In this document: piece after piece, positions 55,401-64,000 of the stretch
Numbering within the stretch: the first letter of the stretch is position 1
Layout of the letters: every line of letters starts with the position of its first letter
NCBI GenBank assembly: GCA_012511175.1
Contig: JAAZGO010000010.1
Span: 5,563 to 69,562 of the forward strand
Direction: 5' to 3'
Length of the DNA stretch: 64,000 nt
From: Fastidiosipila sp.
GTDB lineage: Bacteria; Bacillota; Clostridia; Saccharofermentanales; DTU023
The notes under the pieces: model-generated
Database searches by the model: none
What the model saw: only the letters and a program-made list of their open reading frames with translations
What the model was told of the DNA's origin: nothing
Translations under genes and position numbers: made by a program

Positions 55401-56511
55401 AGATCAGGCCGACGAGCGGCAAAAAACCAGCCCGGCAACGAAAGACGAACTCTTCCTTGATTGCTTTTTTGGCAGGATCTTTGCCCGCGTGAACAGACCG
55501 CGGGAATTTGACCGGATCCATTCCCTGGCCGATTTCTACGATTTCATCCCAACGGGCGGCGCTGCGCCCGCTGGAACGATTCAGGCGGGCCACGACAGTC
55601 GACATGAGGTCCACTACGGCCGCCATCTGCTGGTCGGTCGCCAGCCCGGAAGCCGAGAATTCCTGCATCAGGCCGGGAACGGAATCGATGTAATCAAGGG
55701 TATGTCCGGCCTTTTCCAGTGCCTCTTCCAGCAAATCCCACCAATGGGCGGCCGCGAAATCACCTGCCAGGGGAAAGGAACGGGAACGGCCAAATAATTC
55801 CCGGATTTTTTCCATGACAAATTGATGGTAATCCGGCAGATTCCTGAGCTGTTCAAGCATTTCAGCGATTGCTTCGCGAAAGGCCCTGTCTTCGAGGTCA
55901 GGCGAATAGGCCTTTGCGATGGACTGAAAATCACTCAGCCATTCGGAAAGACTGATTTTTTCATCCGACAGAATCAGGGGTGCAGCCTGCTGCCCGCACC
56001 AGAAGTCAGCTTTGGTGTTGCAGGCGTCAATTTTGGTGTACACGTCTGACAGGACGGCATCGATTGATTCATCGAGCAGCCTTTGCTCCTGCCTTTCACC
56101 AAGAATCCGGTAACCCGGCTCCAGGAGCGTGTTTCCTTTTTCATCGCAATAGGCAGGCAGGTGAGTAGTAAGGATACGGTTGCAGAAGGCATGAATTGTC
56201 GAGATCTGTGCCAGATCCAGCTCACCTGCCAGTTGGCTGAGATTTCGCTTATCCTGGCTGGACGACGCCTGATCCCGCAGTTCCCTCAGACGGGCAGAGA
56301 TTTTTACTTTCAAATCCTTGGCCGCAAGTTCGGTAAAGGTGATGACAAGCAGCTGTGACGGAGCCACCCTCCCTCTGACCAGACGCTCAACGATCCGTTC
56401 GGTCAGGGTGGTTGTTTTGCCTGATCCCGCCGCAGCGGAAACCAGCAGGTTGGCCGGCTGTTCAAAACTTACGGCAAGCTGTTGGTCATCGGTCAGCCGG
56501 GAAGTTGTCAT
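52405..56511 (-). CDS. addA: helicase-exonuclease AddAB, subunit A
   Basis: 1368 aa. It has a UvrD/PcrA-type helicase (Walker A AAAGSGKTTTL, DEYQDTS) and a C-terminal RecB-type nuclease (GMIDLWF...DFKTD). Confidence 0.9.
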   Translation of the reverse strand: MTTSRLTDDQQLAVSFEQPANLLVSAAAGSGKTTTLTERIVERLVRGRVAPSQLLVITFTELAAKDLKVKISARLRELRDQASSSQDKRNLSQLAGELDLAQISTIHAFCNRILTTHLPAYCDEKGNTLLEPGYRILGERQEQRLLDESIDAVLSDVYTKIDACNTKADFWCGQQAAPLILSDEKISLSEWLSDFQSIAKAYSPDLEDRAFREAIAEMLEQLRNLPDYHQFVMEKIRELFGRSRSFPLAGDFAAAHWWDLLEEALEKAGHTLDYIDSVPGLMQEFSASGLATDQQMAAVVDLMSTVVARLNRSSGRSAARWDEIVEIGQGMDPVKFPRSVHAGKDPAKKAIKEEFVFRCRAGFLPLVGLISNQIKRGSSQDASFITGHPSVFTLKTADIRHDLMTSARASARFMELVLLVDQEFKRRRFAANAILFSDIEHGALELLKQEDIREDYLSRYEEIYVDEYQDTSSIQDAIIRKIACNNLLMVGDIKQSIYRFRYANPGLFAGHQENSCLVRANEAIPELESHHTGYLALLNRCFRTRPLIIDFINDFFSSFLTRQSGEIEYDESQLLFADNRKWRLHDQKENGAFPANLVLEIGTGIEVSGATGDLEGSDIQAASWQQENAALSPAGREALMALRVIRELRQKGIPYDRIAILLPTNENCRDYEEVLIQCGIPVTSRSGDTSSDNLVFRQVEALLSVLDNPRQDFALLSVLLGPFAPQAWQGEDLIQVARLAPPDDSAGQTKKTSGNRRSFFHDRFLMLPKLEDHPLATKARAFIDRMERWRFLAQELSFRDLLDLIFFETDYTEYIARSTFGESYLRDLEKLLDLATEPDPDATPGIRAALRKMKEMMDADTAGETSDAALVPGAVRVLTRHSSKGLEWDYVILGRLDLNWKTRKTKPLILLSEQEGLSSATLSEDGMAVVNNPLHEAALIAEANRDRAEAWRLLYVAMTRAIHGLYLLFPVAQASLQEKPAYARAMEAVTRRTAGLDRKRRADRAIIPAELTAGLKNDAELFLAYLTARYPAFAKTVTSLTGEGGDTSRSLETGLPRVIEAVNVTPWAELLQGALESQLEGTADYLEDAVSTNDRQEGLSNGQTRLAPLQLLLSEVPFRQAARTPAKVTVTELQRLGLERQPGLRGEDPEQEAVWEIFGNPVAVSLEKADMPLTLRSKRETGRDGGAPLGTAMHLVFQFLDLRTLRGQPMVKAEKIYASQLDRMVEALTLTEEARDAALTFTDQAVRWANSELAGRLLRVEETSGKVYREIPFTLALPSSHLDASFPADETSLIQGMIDLWFVEEDGAAILIDFKTDHLTGDRNDGWLRERYGVQIKFYAEAIARATGRKVKEKLIWLIREARAVAFP

Positions 56512-56635
56512 AAGATCTCCGCAATCATCAGGGCCGGCAGGCGTTCTCGTTTTTCATTCTAGCAGAATCATGGCGGGATGAAGGGCGCTCAGGGCCGGCG
56601 GGCCCGGGGGAAGGACACTTGAAAGAAGAATCAAA

Positions 56636-58153
56636 ATGTCCGACAATAGTGGAGCCCGCCCAGGTTTGGCGGAAGTGGAGGGATGCGCTTTGAAACGCAC
56701 AGTTGTCTTAATCCTGATCCTGGCTGCAGTCCTGGTTTTGACGCTGTCGTGCGGTTCTCAGTCTATTGACGTCAGGGAGCTGGCCATGGTCCGGGTCACC
56801 GGGGCCGACGGTTTCGCCAGCCTTTTTGCCGGGACAGACAAGGCACGGATCGATTTCTGGCTTGAGCAGGAATCGGCCAGACTTGAAGAGTCTGATGAGA
56901 AAGGTTTTCAGCGCCTTTTCCAACGTGAGGCGGTACTCAGTTCACTGGTCTTTACTCCCGATAAAAGGGCCGGTTTGAAAAACGGGGATGAAGTGCTCAT
57001 CCGCATCGATTATGACCGTCAGCTGGCAAAAGAGGCGGGCCTTCGTTTCCGGAATGTCAGGTTCAAGTACAAGGTTGAAGGCCTCGAGGAAGCGGTTCCC
57101 ATTCCCATCGAGCAAGGTGTGGACCTTGCCTTTTCGGGCTACGATGGGCAGGGTCGCTGCTCCCAGGTATTGTCAGGCGATGTCGACCGATTCAGGCAGG
57201 GTTTCGAATTTGTCTTCACCCAGGGCAGCGCGAATCTGTCAAATGGCGATTGGGTTGAACTCAAGGTGATTCCCGATAACCTGTTCCTGACTTCCAAGGG
57301 AAGGATTGCGCGCGAAACCACGTTATCGTTTGAGGTGAAGGGGCTTCCGCCCATGACCGAGATTGATCTTTTTGAAGACCTGGTTTTAATCTTTGACGGC
57401 GTCAGTGACCAGGGGATTCTCTCTTTTGACACCACCCGATTGCCGGCTGACTGGGTGGAGGGCGGCCCTCAGGAGGAAACGCCCGTCCGTTTCACCGCCG
57501 TTCCGTCCAGGGGCCTTTCGAACGGAGAACTTGTCAGGGTCGAAGCCATGGTTGACGCGGGCTGGTTTGCCGAACGTGGCCTGAAAGTTGAAGCCACGAC
57601 CAGGGAGTACCGGGTCAGCGGACTGAAGGAATACCCCCGGAACCTGGATGGCGTGGATCTGATGCCTTTGTTCAAAAAAATTGCACCCTGGCTTGAAAAG
57701 GATATGACCAGCCGGCTGGATATGAATTACTGGAATGATGATTTCAAAACAGGAGAGCCGGTCAGCAGCTGGGATTACGACCATCTGACCGGCGTGACGC
57801 GCATCTTCTACGGTTACAACCAGGCCAACCGTGCCCGCAACTTCGTTGCGATTCTTTACAAAACAGCGGTGAGCGGTGTCTGTCTGGATACGGTTCCTTA
57901 CCAGTCTTTTTATGAAAGGGGAGACCAGGTAGAATCGACGCTTTATCTCCTCTATCTGATTGATGAAATCATGTACGATCGCCCTGATGTGGAAGATTTT
58001 CGGGAAATTAAACTGGTTATGCACGGTGATGCTGAACTTGATGTAATCACTGAATTCAAAAATCGCTACGGCGGGGATCATGTACTGATTGTTGATGTTG
58101 CGGTTCCGGATCAGGTGGTCAGCGGTGACGCGGTTTCCCTGCCGACTCCCTGA
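56636..58153 (+). CDS. hypothetical secreted protein / lipoprotein
   Basis: 505 aa. A TM/signal segment ends in LTLSCGSQ, a possible lipobox. I recognise no domain. Confidence 0.45.
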   Translation: MSDNSGARPGLAEVEGCALKRTVVLILILAAVLVLTLSCGSQSIDVRELAMVRVTGADGFASLFAGTDKARIDFWLEQESARLEESDEKGFQRLFQREAVLSSLVFTPDKRAGLKNGDEVLIRIDYDRQLAKEAGLRFRNVRFKYKVEGLEEAVPIPIEQGVDLAFSGYDGQGRCSQVLSGDVDRFRQGFEFVFTQGSANLSNGDWVELKVIPDNLFLTSKGRIARETTLSFEVKGLPPMTEIDLFEDLVLIFDGVSDQGILSFDTTRLPADWVEGGPQEETPVRFTAVPSRGLSNGELVRVEAMVDAGWFAERGLKVEATTREYRVSGLKEYPRNLDGVDLMPLFKKIAPWLEKDMTSRLDMNYWNDDFKTGEPVSSWDYDHLTGVTRIFYGYNQANRARNFVAILYKTAVSGVCLDTVPYQSFYERGDQVESTLYLLYLIDEIMYDRPDVEDFREIKLVMHGDAELDVITEFKNRYGGDHVLIVDVAVPDQVVSGDAVSLPTP

Positions 58154-58251
58154 GTCGCTGTGCTATCATGATCGGGTAGTGTCTTGCCTGGAGGCGAAAA
58201 ACTTGTTTCAAGAAAGACAGCTGTTATCCGGGGTTGACAGGAGGCTCTTGG

Positions 58252-60576
58252 ATGAGTTTTCAATCAGATGACAGGATCAAGCGGGAGCATCCTGTCCCGG
58301 TGCATCATGAACCGGCTGATGAGGCGGTAAGTCTTGCATCCAATCAACCGGACGTGAGGAAGATCCGTCGGCCGGACATCAGCCGCCCGGATTTCGTTTC
58401 ATGGGCTGCAGAATCCGGAGCGAAACATGCCGATCGGGATGAGGGCGGACTCGGGGAGCGGCTGCCCTGCAGTTTTCATTTGATGCTCCTCTTGTTCGGT
58501 TCTCAGCTGATCAGCGAGCTGGTTCTCCGCATCAATCTGGATGGCCCTTTTTTCAGTATCGGTCTTCTCTACCTGACCCTCTTTTGCCTTGTCCGGGCTG
58601 TGATCCTGTCAGCACTGCTGAGGAGCCTGCCTCCAAAAGCCCGCACTGCGGCTATTTATGCCCTGCTTTTCATTATCCCCTTTGTCTACGCGGCCCAACT
58701 GGTCTACTACAAGTTTTTCCGGACCTTTTTTGTTGTTTATTCGATCGGCCATGGCGGCCAGATCCTGCAATTCATGGAAGATATCGTTATCAAGGTTCTC
58801 CGCAACACTCCTTGGTTCGTTGTCATGCTCTCCCCCCTGTCCATCTACTACGTATTTGTAAAAAAACGTATTGATGCCAACTGTGCCAGGAAGGGGAAGA
58901 AATGGCAGGAAGTTTTGGCTGCACTGGCTGCAGCTTTTGTCCTATTCGGAACCACAGTAGGGGTCATGGCGACCGATCGGTCCCTGAACAGCCCCTGGGA
59001 GCACTATTTCCTGGAAAATGAAATCCTCTCGGGCACCAATCAGTTTGGCCTGCTCTCTGCCATGGGGGTTGACATCAGTCATATGGTGTACCCGCGCAGT
59101 GCCTTGGTACCGGACGACCTGATCCCTGATCCAATCGACCCACCCGAGGTGACTGAAACGGAACTTCCAGGGGCCAGCGATCCGCTTGCCACAGATCCGG
59201 CGATTATCATTCCGCACATTCCCAACATCCTGCCCATTGACTATGATACCCGGCTCGAGGGTTATGTACCCGAGAATGACTCGTCGCCCATCCTGATGGG
59301 CAAAACACGCGCCGACCTGGTCCGTTACCTGGATCTGGTTTTCTCCAGGACAGCGCCTTCCTATACCAACGATCATACCGGGCGGGGAAAGGGCTTCAAT
59401 CTTATCTTTGTCACGGCCGAAAGTTTTTCAAAATACTGCATTGATGAAGAACTGACACCAACCCTCTGGCACATGTACCATCAGGGGGTCTATTTCGAGA
59501 ACTTTTACGTCCCTGTATGGACAGTATCCACCCTGGATGGCGAATACGCCGGACTTTGCGGCATGATTCCCAAGCAGGGCGTCTGGACCTTGAAGGAAGC
59601 CCACAAAAATGACATGGCCATGGCGCCGGGCAGGATGTTTGAACGTTTGGGCTATCAGACCTATGCCTGGCACAACCACACCTGGAACTACTATGCGCGC
59701 GATCTGTCCCATCCCAATCTGGGCTACGATTACCGGGGGCTGGGGCACGGTTTGGATGTCAAGCGGACCTGGCCGGAATCTGATCTGGAGATGATCGAAA
59801 AAACAGCCTTTGAGTTTGTGGACAAGGAGCCCTTCCATGTCTACTACCTGACCGTCAGCGGCCATGCCAACTGGACAAAGATGGGCAATGCCATGGCAAC
59901 CCGCCATTGGGACACCTTTTCACATCTGGATCTTCACCACGAGGGAATTGCCTACCTGGCCGCCAATTATGAGCTGGAGCTGGCCATGGACAGCCTTTTG
60001 CGACAGCTGAGGGAGGCCGGCATCGCTGACAGAACCCTGATCGTCATCAATCCCGACCACTATCCCTACGCCCTTGAGGAGCACTCGAGCTACGAGGCTC
60101 TGGCCGGGAAAAGTCTTGACAAGGTCTTTGACATCTATGAAAGCTGTGCCCTTTTCTACCACGACGGGATCGAGCCGGAGGTGGTCGATAAATACTGTAC
60201 CAGCCTCGATCTTCTGCCAACCATTTATAACTACATGGGCGTTCCCTACGATTCAAGGTTCCTGTCAGGCCGCGACATTTTTTCCGATTCGGAGGCCCTG
60301 GCAATTTTCCTCGGCCGCAGCTGGATCACGGAGAAAGGACGCTACGATGCAGCGACCGGCACCTTCACCCTTCACCCGGGCCAGGAGCTGGATGATCAGG
60401 CCGCCTACATCGATCGCATCAACCGGGAGGTCAAGCTGCGCTACGATACCGCGCGGGTCATCATTGATTCGGATTATTACAAGGATCTGCTGTCCGACGA
60501 GGAATGGGCCGAAATCAATGAGCCCTATCTGACTTTTATGAAAGATAATCCCTGGCCCACCAAAACGGGCCCCTGA
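58252..60576 (+). CDS. LtaS-family sulfatase-like transferase (membrane-anchored alkaline-phosphatase superfamily)
   Basis: The ATG at 58252 follows ACAGGAGG. About 5 N-terminal TM helices precede an extracytoplasmic domain with FVTAESFS...TVSTLDGEYAGLCG...SGHANW, an LtaS/sulfatase-like pattern. Confidence 0.65.
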   Translation: MSFQSDDRIKREHPVPVHHEPADEAVSLASNQPDVRKIRRPDISRPDFVSWAAESGAKHADRDEGGLGERLPCSFHLMLLLFGSQLISELVLRINLDGPFFSIGLLYLTLFCLVRAVILSALLRSLPPKARTAAIYALLFIIPFVYAAQLVYYKFFRTFFVVYSIGHGGQILQFMEDIVIKVLRNTPWFVVMLSPLSIYYVFVKKRIDANCARKGKKWQEVLAALAAAFVLFGTTVGVMATDRSLNSPWEHYFLENEILSGTNQFGLLSAMGVDISHMVYPRSALVPDDLIPDPIDPPEVTETELPGASDPLATDPAIIIPHIPNILPIDYDTRLEGYVPENDSSPILMGKTRADLVRYLDLVFSRTAPSYTNDHTGRGKGFNLIFVTAESFSKYCIDEELTPTLWHMYHQGVYFENFYVPVWTVSTLDGEYAGLCGMIPKQGVWTLKEAHKNDMAMAPGRMFERLGYQTYAWHNHTWNYYARDLSHPNLGYDYRGLGHGLDVKRTWPESDLEMIEKTAFEFVDKEPFHVYYLTVSGHANWTKMGNAMATRHWDTFSHLDLHHEGIAYLAANYELELAMDSLLRQLREAGIADRTLIVINPDHYPYALEEHSSYEALAGKSLDKVFDIYESCALFYHDGIEPEVVDKYCTSLDLLPTIYNYMGVPYDSRFLSGRDIFSDSEALAIFLGRSWITEKGRYDAATGTFTLHPGQELDDQAAYIDRINREVKLRYDTARVIIDSDYYKDLLSDEEWAEINEPYLTFMKDNPWPTKTGP

Positions 60577-60586
60577 TTTCTGCTGG

Positions 60587-63500
60587 TCAATGGTCCGTTT
60601 CAAGTATGATCCGGCGGATCCGGTCGCTTTCGCTTTTGTCAGAGGCTTTTGGCCGGTTCCGGCTGAGGCGGCGGTCGTAACCGCAGGCCGCGTGCCAAGG
60701 GCAGAAGGTGCAGGGATTCTGGCCGCCCCCCCTGACTGCGGGATTTGCGGGGAAATGCCCGCCCAGGATGGCTTCCAGACTTTCAATGGCTTTCTTTTCA
60801 GCGAAAGCTGCCACTTTTTCAAGATGGTCGTTCTCCCAGACAGCCATTTGCCTGGTCAGTGACTTGAGGCCGTCATTCCCGCCGGGGCCGGGCGGAAGCT
60901 GAAATGAAGAAAGTTCATAGAGGTTTGACGCCGCCCAGCCCGCAAAGAGAAGTCCCTCAATCACACTCCCCGGATAAGCTGTCTCATAAGCCTGTTTGTA
61001 TAGGGGCAGCTGGAGATCGGTGCCGTCGTAAAGACCAAGCCAGGAAAACTCTCTGGCAGAACGCTTATAGTCGATGAGCCGGATCAGGCCGTCAGGGTTT
61101 TCATCGATCCGGTCGACCAGGCCCCTGAAGACAAAATCGTGCTCCCCCGCTGTTAACTGGTAGGCGGGGCGCCCTTTTTGGGGGAAATACCATTCGAGGC
61201 GAACCGGCCGAAAGCCGCCCGGAATGTTGAAATCAGCGAGGACTCTCAGGTTGTCGGCAGCGCGTTGGATCATCCGCTCACCGATTCCTCCGGCCAGACG
61301 CGGATCCTTGTACCAGGACAGGTGCCTGTCTTCGGCGGCCTGTCTGTAAAGTTTTCGCATATAGGGGCCGGTCAGCTGACTTTGCCAGTTCAGCATGACA
61401 GCCCCTTGATCAAGTTCCGCGGAAGTTGCCAGAAGCTGGATTAAATCATCCACAGCCAATTCCATCAAGCGGTGAAGAATTGTTCCCTGATGATTGGCCA
61501 GGTCGTCGGAGATGACCCGTTCCGAAGCTCCTGCCAGGTATTCGGCAAAAAACCGGAAGGGACAGGCATTGTAGAGCTGAATCAGGGAGACGCTGACACC
61601 TTCACGTCCGGCCATAACTGATTCGGCCAGAGGCCGGGGAATTGAAAAAGATCCGGCCATGCGATCGGCTGGTTCAAGGACCCGGGGAAGGGTTTTTGTC
61701 AAGCGGGCCACGGCCTTCTGCCAGTCAGGAGGGGCCTTGCGATTCCACCGGAGCCTGTTAACCGCCGCTCCCGGCGCATACCAGCGGACATCCGGGTCAT
61801 TGGATTGCTTGGTCAGGGTGATTTTGTGACCGTCTTTTTCTGACAACCATTCATCAAAAAGCCGGGCGCTGTCATTGCCCAGGGTCGGTACTGACAAATA
61901 AAGTGAGTGATCAGGCCCTGAAAGGAGTGAATGAATCAGCCAGGCCTGCCTGGCCGCCTGATCTTTTTTCCGGCTGGGAAAAGCTTTGCCTGTCCGGCCA
62001 GCCAGGAATGCACGTTCCTCATCCAGCAGATACCCTTCCTGGCCGGGTCCTGGAGGAAAGGCGGAGTCAGTGGCGCCGAGGATAAATAAGACCCGGCAGG
62101 GCCAGCCGGCCATCTCTGCCAAGGATCCCACCCTTACCAGATCGATTCCCGATGGAATAGAGGCCAGGGTTAAGCCTTCAATGCCCGCAAGCAGCATGGA
62201 AGAAAAATGTTCCTGGGCCATCGCTGCCTCACCCATGAGCTCTGAAGTTTCCTCCAGATAATTCAGGGTGGCATTCCATGAGGCAACAAGAACCCGGGCA
62301 TTTTCTCCATGGCCATCAGCCAGCAGTAAGTCCCTTTGTTTTTCGACGCGTTCATTGAAAGGACGATCGCCTCCAGTCAGAAAATCAAGCAGGAAGGCGC
62401 ATTTGGTCCTGCCTGTCGCGGCTTCCCGCAAGGCCGCCGCCTGCCGGAGCAACTGTTCCAGATCTTTCAGGACAGACTGGACGGCCTCTCCGCCCGGGGT
62501 CAAAGGGTCGATCCAGGCCTGGGGTTCTGTTCCATTCCCGATTTCTGCCAGGATCCTGCGCAGAGTGCTGGCGCTGCGCCAGCCCCACGCCAGTGCGGTG
62601 TTTTCAAAAAGATCAACTTTTTCGCTGTCCATGCCGGAAAGTCCGCTGCGGTAGTAATTCAGCAAATCGTCCAGGCTGAAATCGTGCTTGCTGAGCGAGA
62701 GAAAGGCTCTCAGAAAGCGGATGAAAGAACTGTGATGAAGCGGTCTTCCCACGTCCATGTAAGCGTCAATCCCATATTCCGCCAAAGCCGGCTCAAGAAA
62801 GGCAGGTGCAGTATCCGTCTCGCAGAGGGCAATGCCTATGTCCTTGCGGCGCAAATCAGTGGTTAGCAGAAGCCTTCGTATTTCGCCCGCTGCATAACGC
62901 ACTTCCTCGTGTCTGTCGATGGCCCGGATAAAATAGTATTCAGGTTCCGGGGAAGTCTTGCCTGCCGGCAGCGCCTCCAGCTTTGATCCGGGGAAAGATC
63001 TGTTCAAGGAGAGCAGGGTTTCCCTGCCATGTCCGAAGGCCAGTTGATCTTCGCAGGACGGGTCGTAAGCTACCGCAATGGTCAGGGAGGCAACGACATT
63101 GGAAAGGGCTTCCAGCACCTTTTTTTCCTGGGAGGTAAAATCACGGCTGTTACCGAAGCCGAGAACCCAGACGTGGGTCCGGCCAAGAAAACCCAGCCTT
63201 TGCGAAAGCGGCTGCGCGTTCAGCAATTCCGCCAGGCTGCCCAGTTCCTGATCAGGGTCTTGCAGCTTCCGCTCTTGCATCTCCTGGTCCAGCGTTTCCT
63301 TGAGAAGGGCGAAATCGTGGAATTTGTCGGCCCTGGTCCGGCCCCAGCCTCCGTCACCCTTTTCATTCTCTGCTTCCCGCAGATCCGCAGCTGTTATGCC
63401 ATAACGGTGGAAATCCCCCAGCACACTGACCAATTCCGCGGCGTAGCGGGGCTTGCCGGCAAGGCGGTTGAAACGGCGGAAGCCAAGTGCGCTGTCAAGA

Positions 63501-63805
63501 AGCGCCCTTTGAGCCAAAACGGCCTTGCCTGCCCTGGAGATAACCCTGGCCGCCTGACGTCCTGATTCGTTAAAAAGCCTGGTTGCCAGGCGCCTGAAAG
63601 AAAGAATCTCGGCCATCATCAGGCCGCCGGCCTGTTGGCTGGTGATATAACGGCGCTCCATGTCAGCCTTTATGGTTTCGGGCACGATCACGAAAGCCCG
63701 GTGGTCAGGCCAGGCCAAACGGTGCCGGCTGAGTTCTTCAAATACCCGGCGAGTCAGTTGATCGGGATCCCGGTGATGGATAAGGCGGGGACTGACATCC
63801 GGCAT
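60587..63805 (-). CDS. addB: helicase-exonuclease AddAB, subunit B
   Basis: The ATG at 63805 follows AGGAAGG. The size (~1070 aa) fits AddB. The C-terminal nuclease has Fe-S cluster cysteines (YNACPFRFF ... NPCTFCPWHAACGYD) and an LIDYKRS motif. Confidence 0.85.
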   Translation of the reverse strand: MPDVSPRLIHHRDPDQLTRRVFEELSRHRLAWPDHRAFVIVPETIKADMERRYITSQQAGGLMMAEILSFRRLATRLFNESGRQAARVISRAGKAVLAQRALLDSALGFRRFNRLAGKPRYAAELVSVLGDFHRYGITAADLREAENEKGDGGWGRTRADKFHDFALLKETLDQEMQERKLQDPDQELGSLAELLNAQPLSQRLGFLGRTHVWVLGFGNSRDFTSQEKKVLEALSNVVASLTIAVAYDPSCEDQLAFGHGRETLLSLNRSFPGSKLEALPAGKTSPEPEYYFIRAIDRHEEVRYAAGEIRRLLLTTDLRRKDIGIALCETDTAPAFLEPALAEYGIDAYMDVGRPLHHSSFIRFLRAFLSLSKHDFSLDDLLNYYRSGLSGMDSEKVDLFENTALAWGWRSASTLRRILAEIGNGTEPQAWIDPLTPGGEAVQSVLKDLEQLLRQAAALREAATGRTKCAFLLDFLTGGDRPFNERVEKQRDLLLADGHGENARVLVASWNATLNYLEETSELMGEAAMAQEHFSSMLLAGIEGLTLASIPSGIDLVRVGSLAEMAGWPCRVLFILGATDSAFPPGPGQEGYLLDEERAFLAGRTGKAFPSRKKDQAARQAWLIHSLLSGPDHSLYLSVPTLGNDSARLFDEWLSEKDGHKITLTKQSNDPDVRWYAPGAAVNRLRWNRKAPPDWQKAVARLTKTLPRVLEPADRMAGSFSIPRPLAESVMAGREGVSVSLIQLYNACPFRFFAEYLAGASERVISDDLANHQGTILHRLMELAVDDLIQLLATSAELDQGAVMLNWQSQLTGPYMRKLYRQAAEDRHLSWYKDPRLAGGIGERMIQRAADNLRVLADFNIPGGFRPVRLEWYFPQKGRPAYQLTAGEHDFVFRGLVDRIDENPDGLIRLIDYKRSAREFSWLGLYDGTDLQLPLYKQAYETAYPGSVIEGLLFAGWAASNLYELSSFQLPPGPGGNDGLKSLTRQMAVWENDHLEKVAAFAEKKAIESLEAILGGHFPANPAVRGGGQNPCTFCPWHAACGYDRRLSRNRPKASDKSESDRIRRIILETDH

Positions 63806-63818
63806 GAGGTCGACCTTC

Positions 63819-64000
63819 CTAGGTGAAGAACACGCGAACCTCACCTGTCAGGCGGGTGCGTTTCTGTTTGTCAAAGTACTCAAGAAGTGCCATGGCGAAT
63901 TTGCGGGAACTTTCAAGCTCGTCGCGAAATTCTGCCAGCGTAATCTGTCCCTCTTTTTCAATGGCGGCACGGACGATCTCCCATGCCTGATCCACCTTTT
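63819..64000 (-). CDS. selB: selenocysteine-specific elongation factor SelB, C-terminal fragment (5' end outside window)
   Basis: The minus-strand frame is open from the window edge to TAG at 63819-63821. The translation is KVDQAWEIVRAAIEKEGQITLAEFRDELESSRKFAMALLEYFDKQKRTRLTGEVRVFFT*. The FRD..(x)SRK[FY]A.ALLEYFD...T.R pattern is the last winged-helix (SECIS-binding) domain of SelB. Confidence 0.65.
   Translation of the reverse strand, partial: KVDQAWEIVRAAIEKEGQITLAEFRDELESSRKFAMALLEYFDKQKRTRLTGEVRVFFT

Noticed and set aside
57386-58081. 231-aa minus-strand ORF
   Set aside because: It lies antisense to the 505-aa plus-strand gene, which has a signal peptide and sensible composition. It is a shadow ORF.
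1-64000. Search for CRISPR arrays, rRNA genes, transposases/integrases, prophage or classic defence genes
   Set aside because: No regularly spaced short direct repeats were seen. No rRNA-like conserved stretches were found. No DDE, tyrosine or serine recombinase motifs appear in any ORF. The only repeats found are the coding repeats inside pntB and the TSUP paralogs.

Overview
This is a 64-kb chromosomal segment of roughly 55-60% GC (judged by eye). Gene content points to an anaerobic Firmicutes/Clostridia-type organism: AddAB instead of RecBCD, the str operon rpsL-rpsG-fusA-tuf, a GlpA-like/DUF1667 glycerol module and a YtrA-type GntR-ABC operon. I can support about 55 protein genes, one tRNA and a few terminators and regulatory sites. 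Most are housekeeping or metabolic genes: glycerol catabolism, cyclophilin, Maf, an AmmeMemoRadiSam trio, the pntAA-pntAB-pntB transhydrogenase, OYE-type flavoenzymes, DeoC, AhcY, a BMP-family nucleoside ABC importer, Lgt and AddA/AddB.

Three things stand out.

(1) Selenium island. It contains a tRNA-Sec gene (selC, 50885-50981, minus strand) that the ORF track cannot show, and the 3' end of selB at the right window edge. It also contains a minus-strand operon, cofE-like / yqeB / yqeC::mocA(ygfJ) fusion. That operon ends in a hidden 119-codon ArsC/Spx-family gene (46821-47180) with an in-frame TGA at the first Cys of the CxxC motif (UxxC). A hairpin follows the TGA, and the gene's ATG overlaps the upstream stop (ATGA).

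(2) pntB encodes an 876-aa beta subunit carrying three tandem, diverged but intact NADP(H)-binding dIII domains instead of one.

(3) Smaller oddities: three tandem TSUP (TauE/SafE) permease paralogs plus a fourth at the left edge; addB and addA separated by a 4-kb opposite-strand insert, with selB abutting addB; and a low-GC islet with a DUF4143 AAA ATPase just upstream of the str operon.

No CRISPR array, rRNA, transposase or integrase was seen. All product calls rest on motif recognition from the translations. No database search was run.
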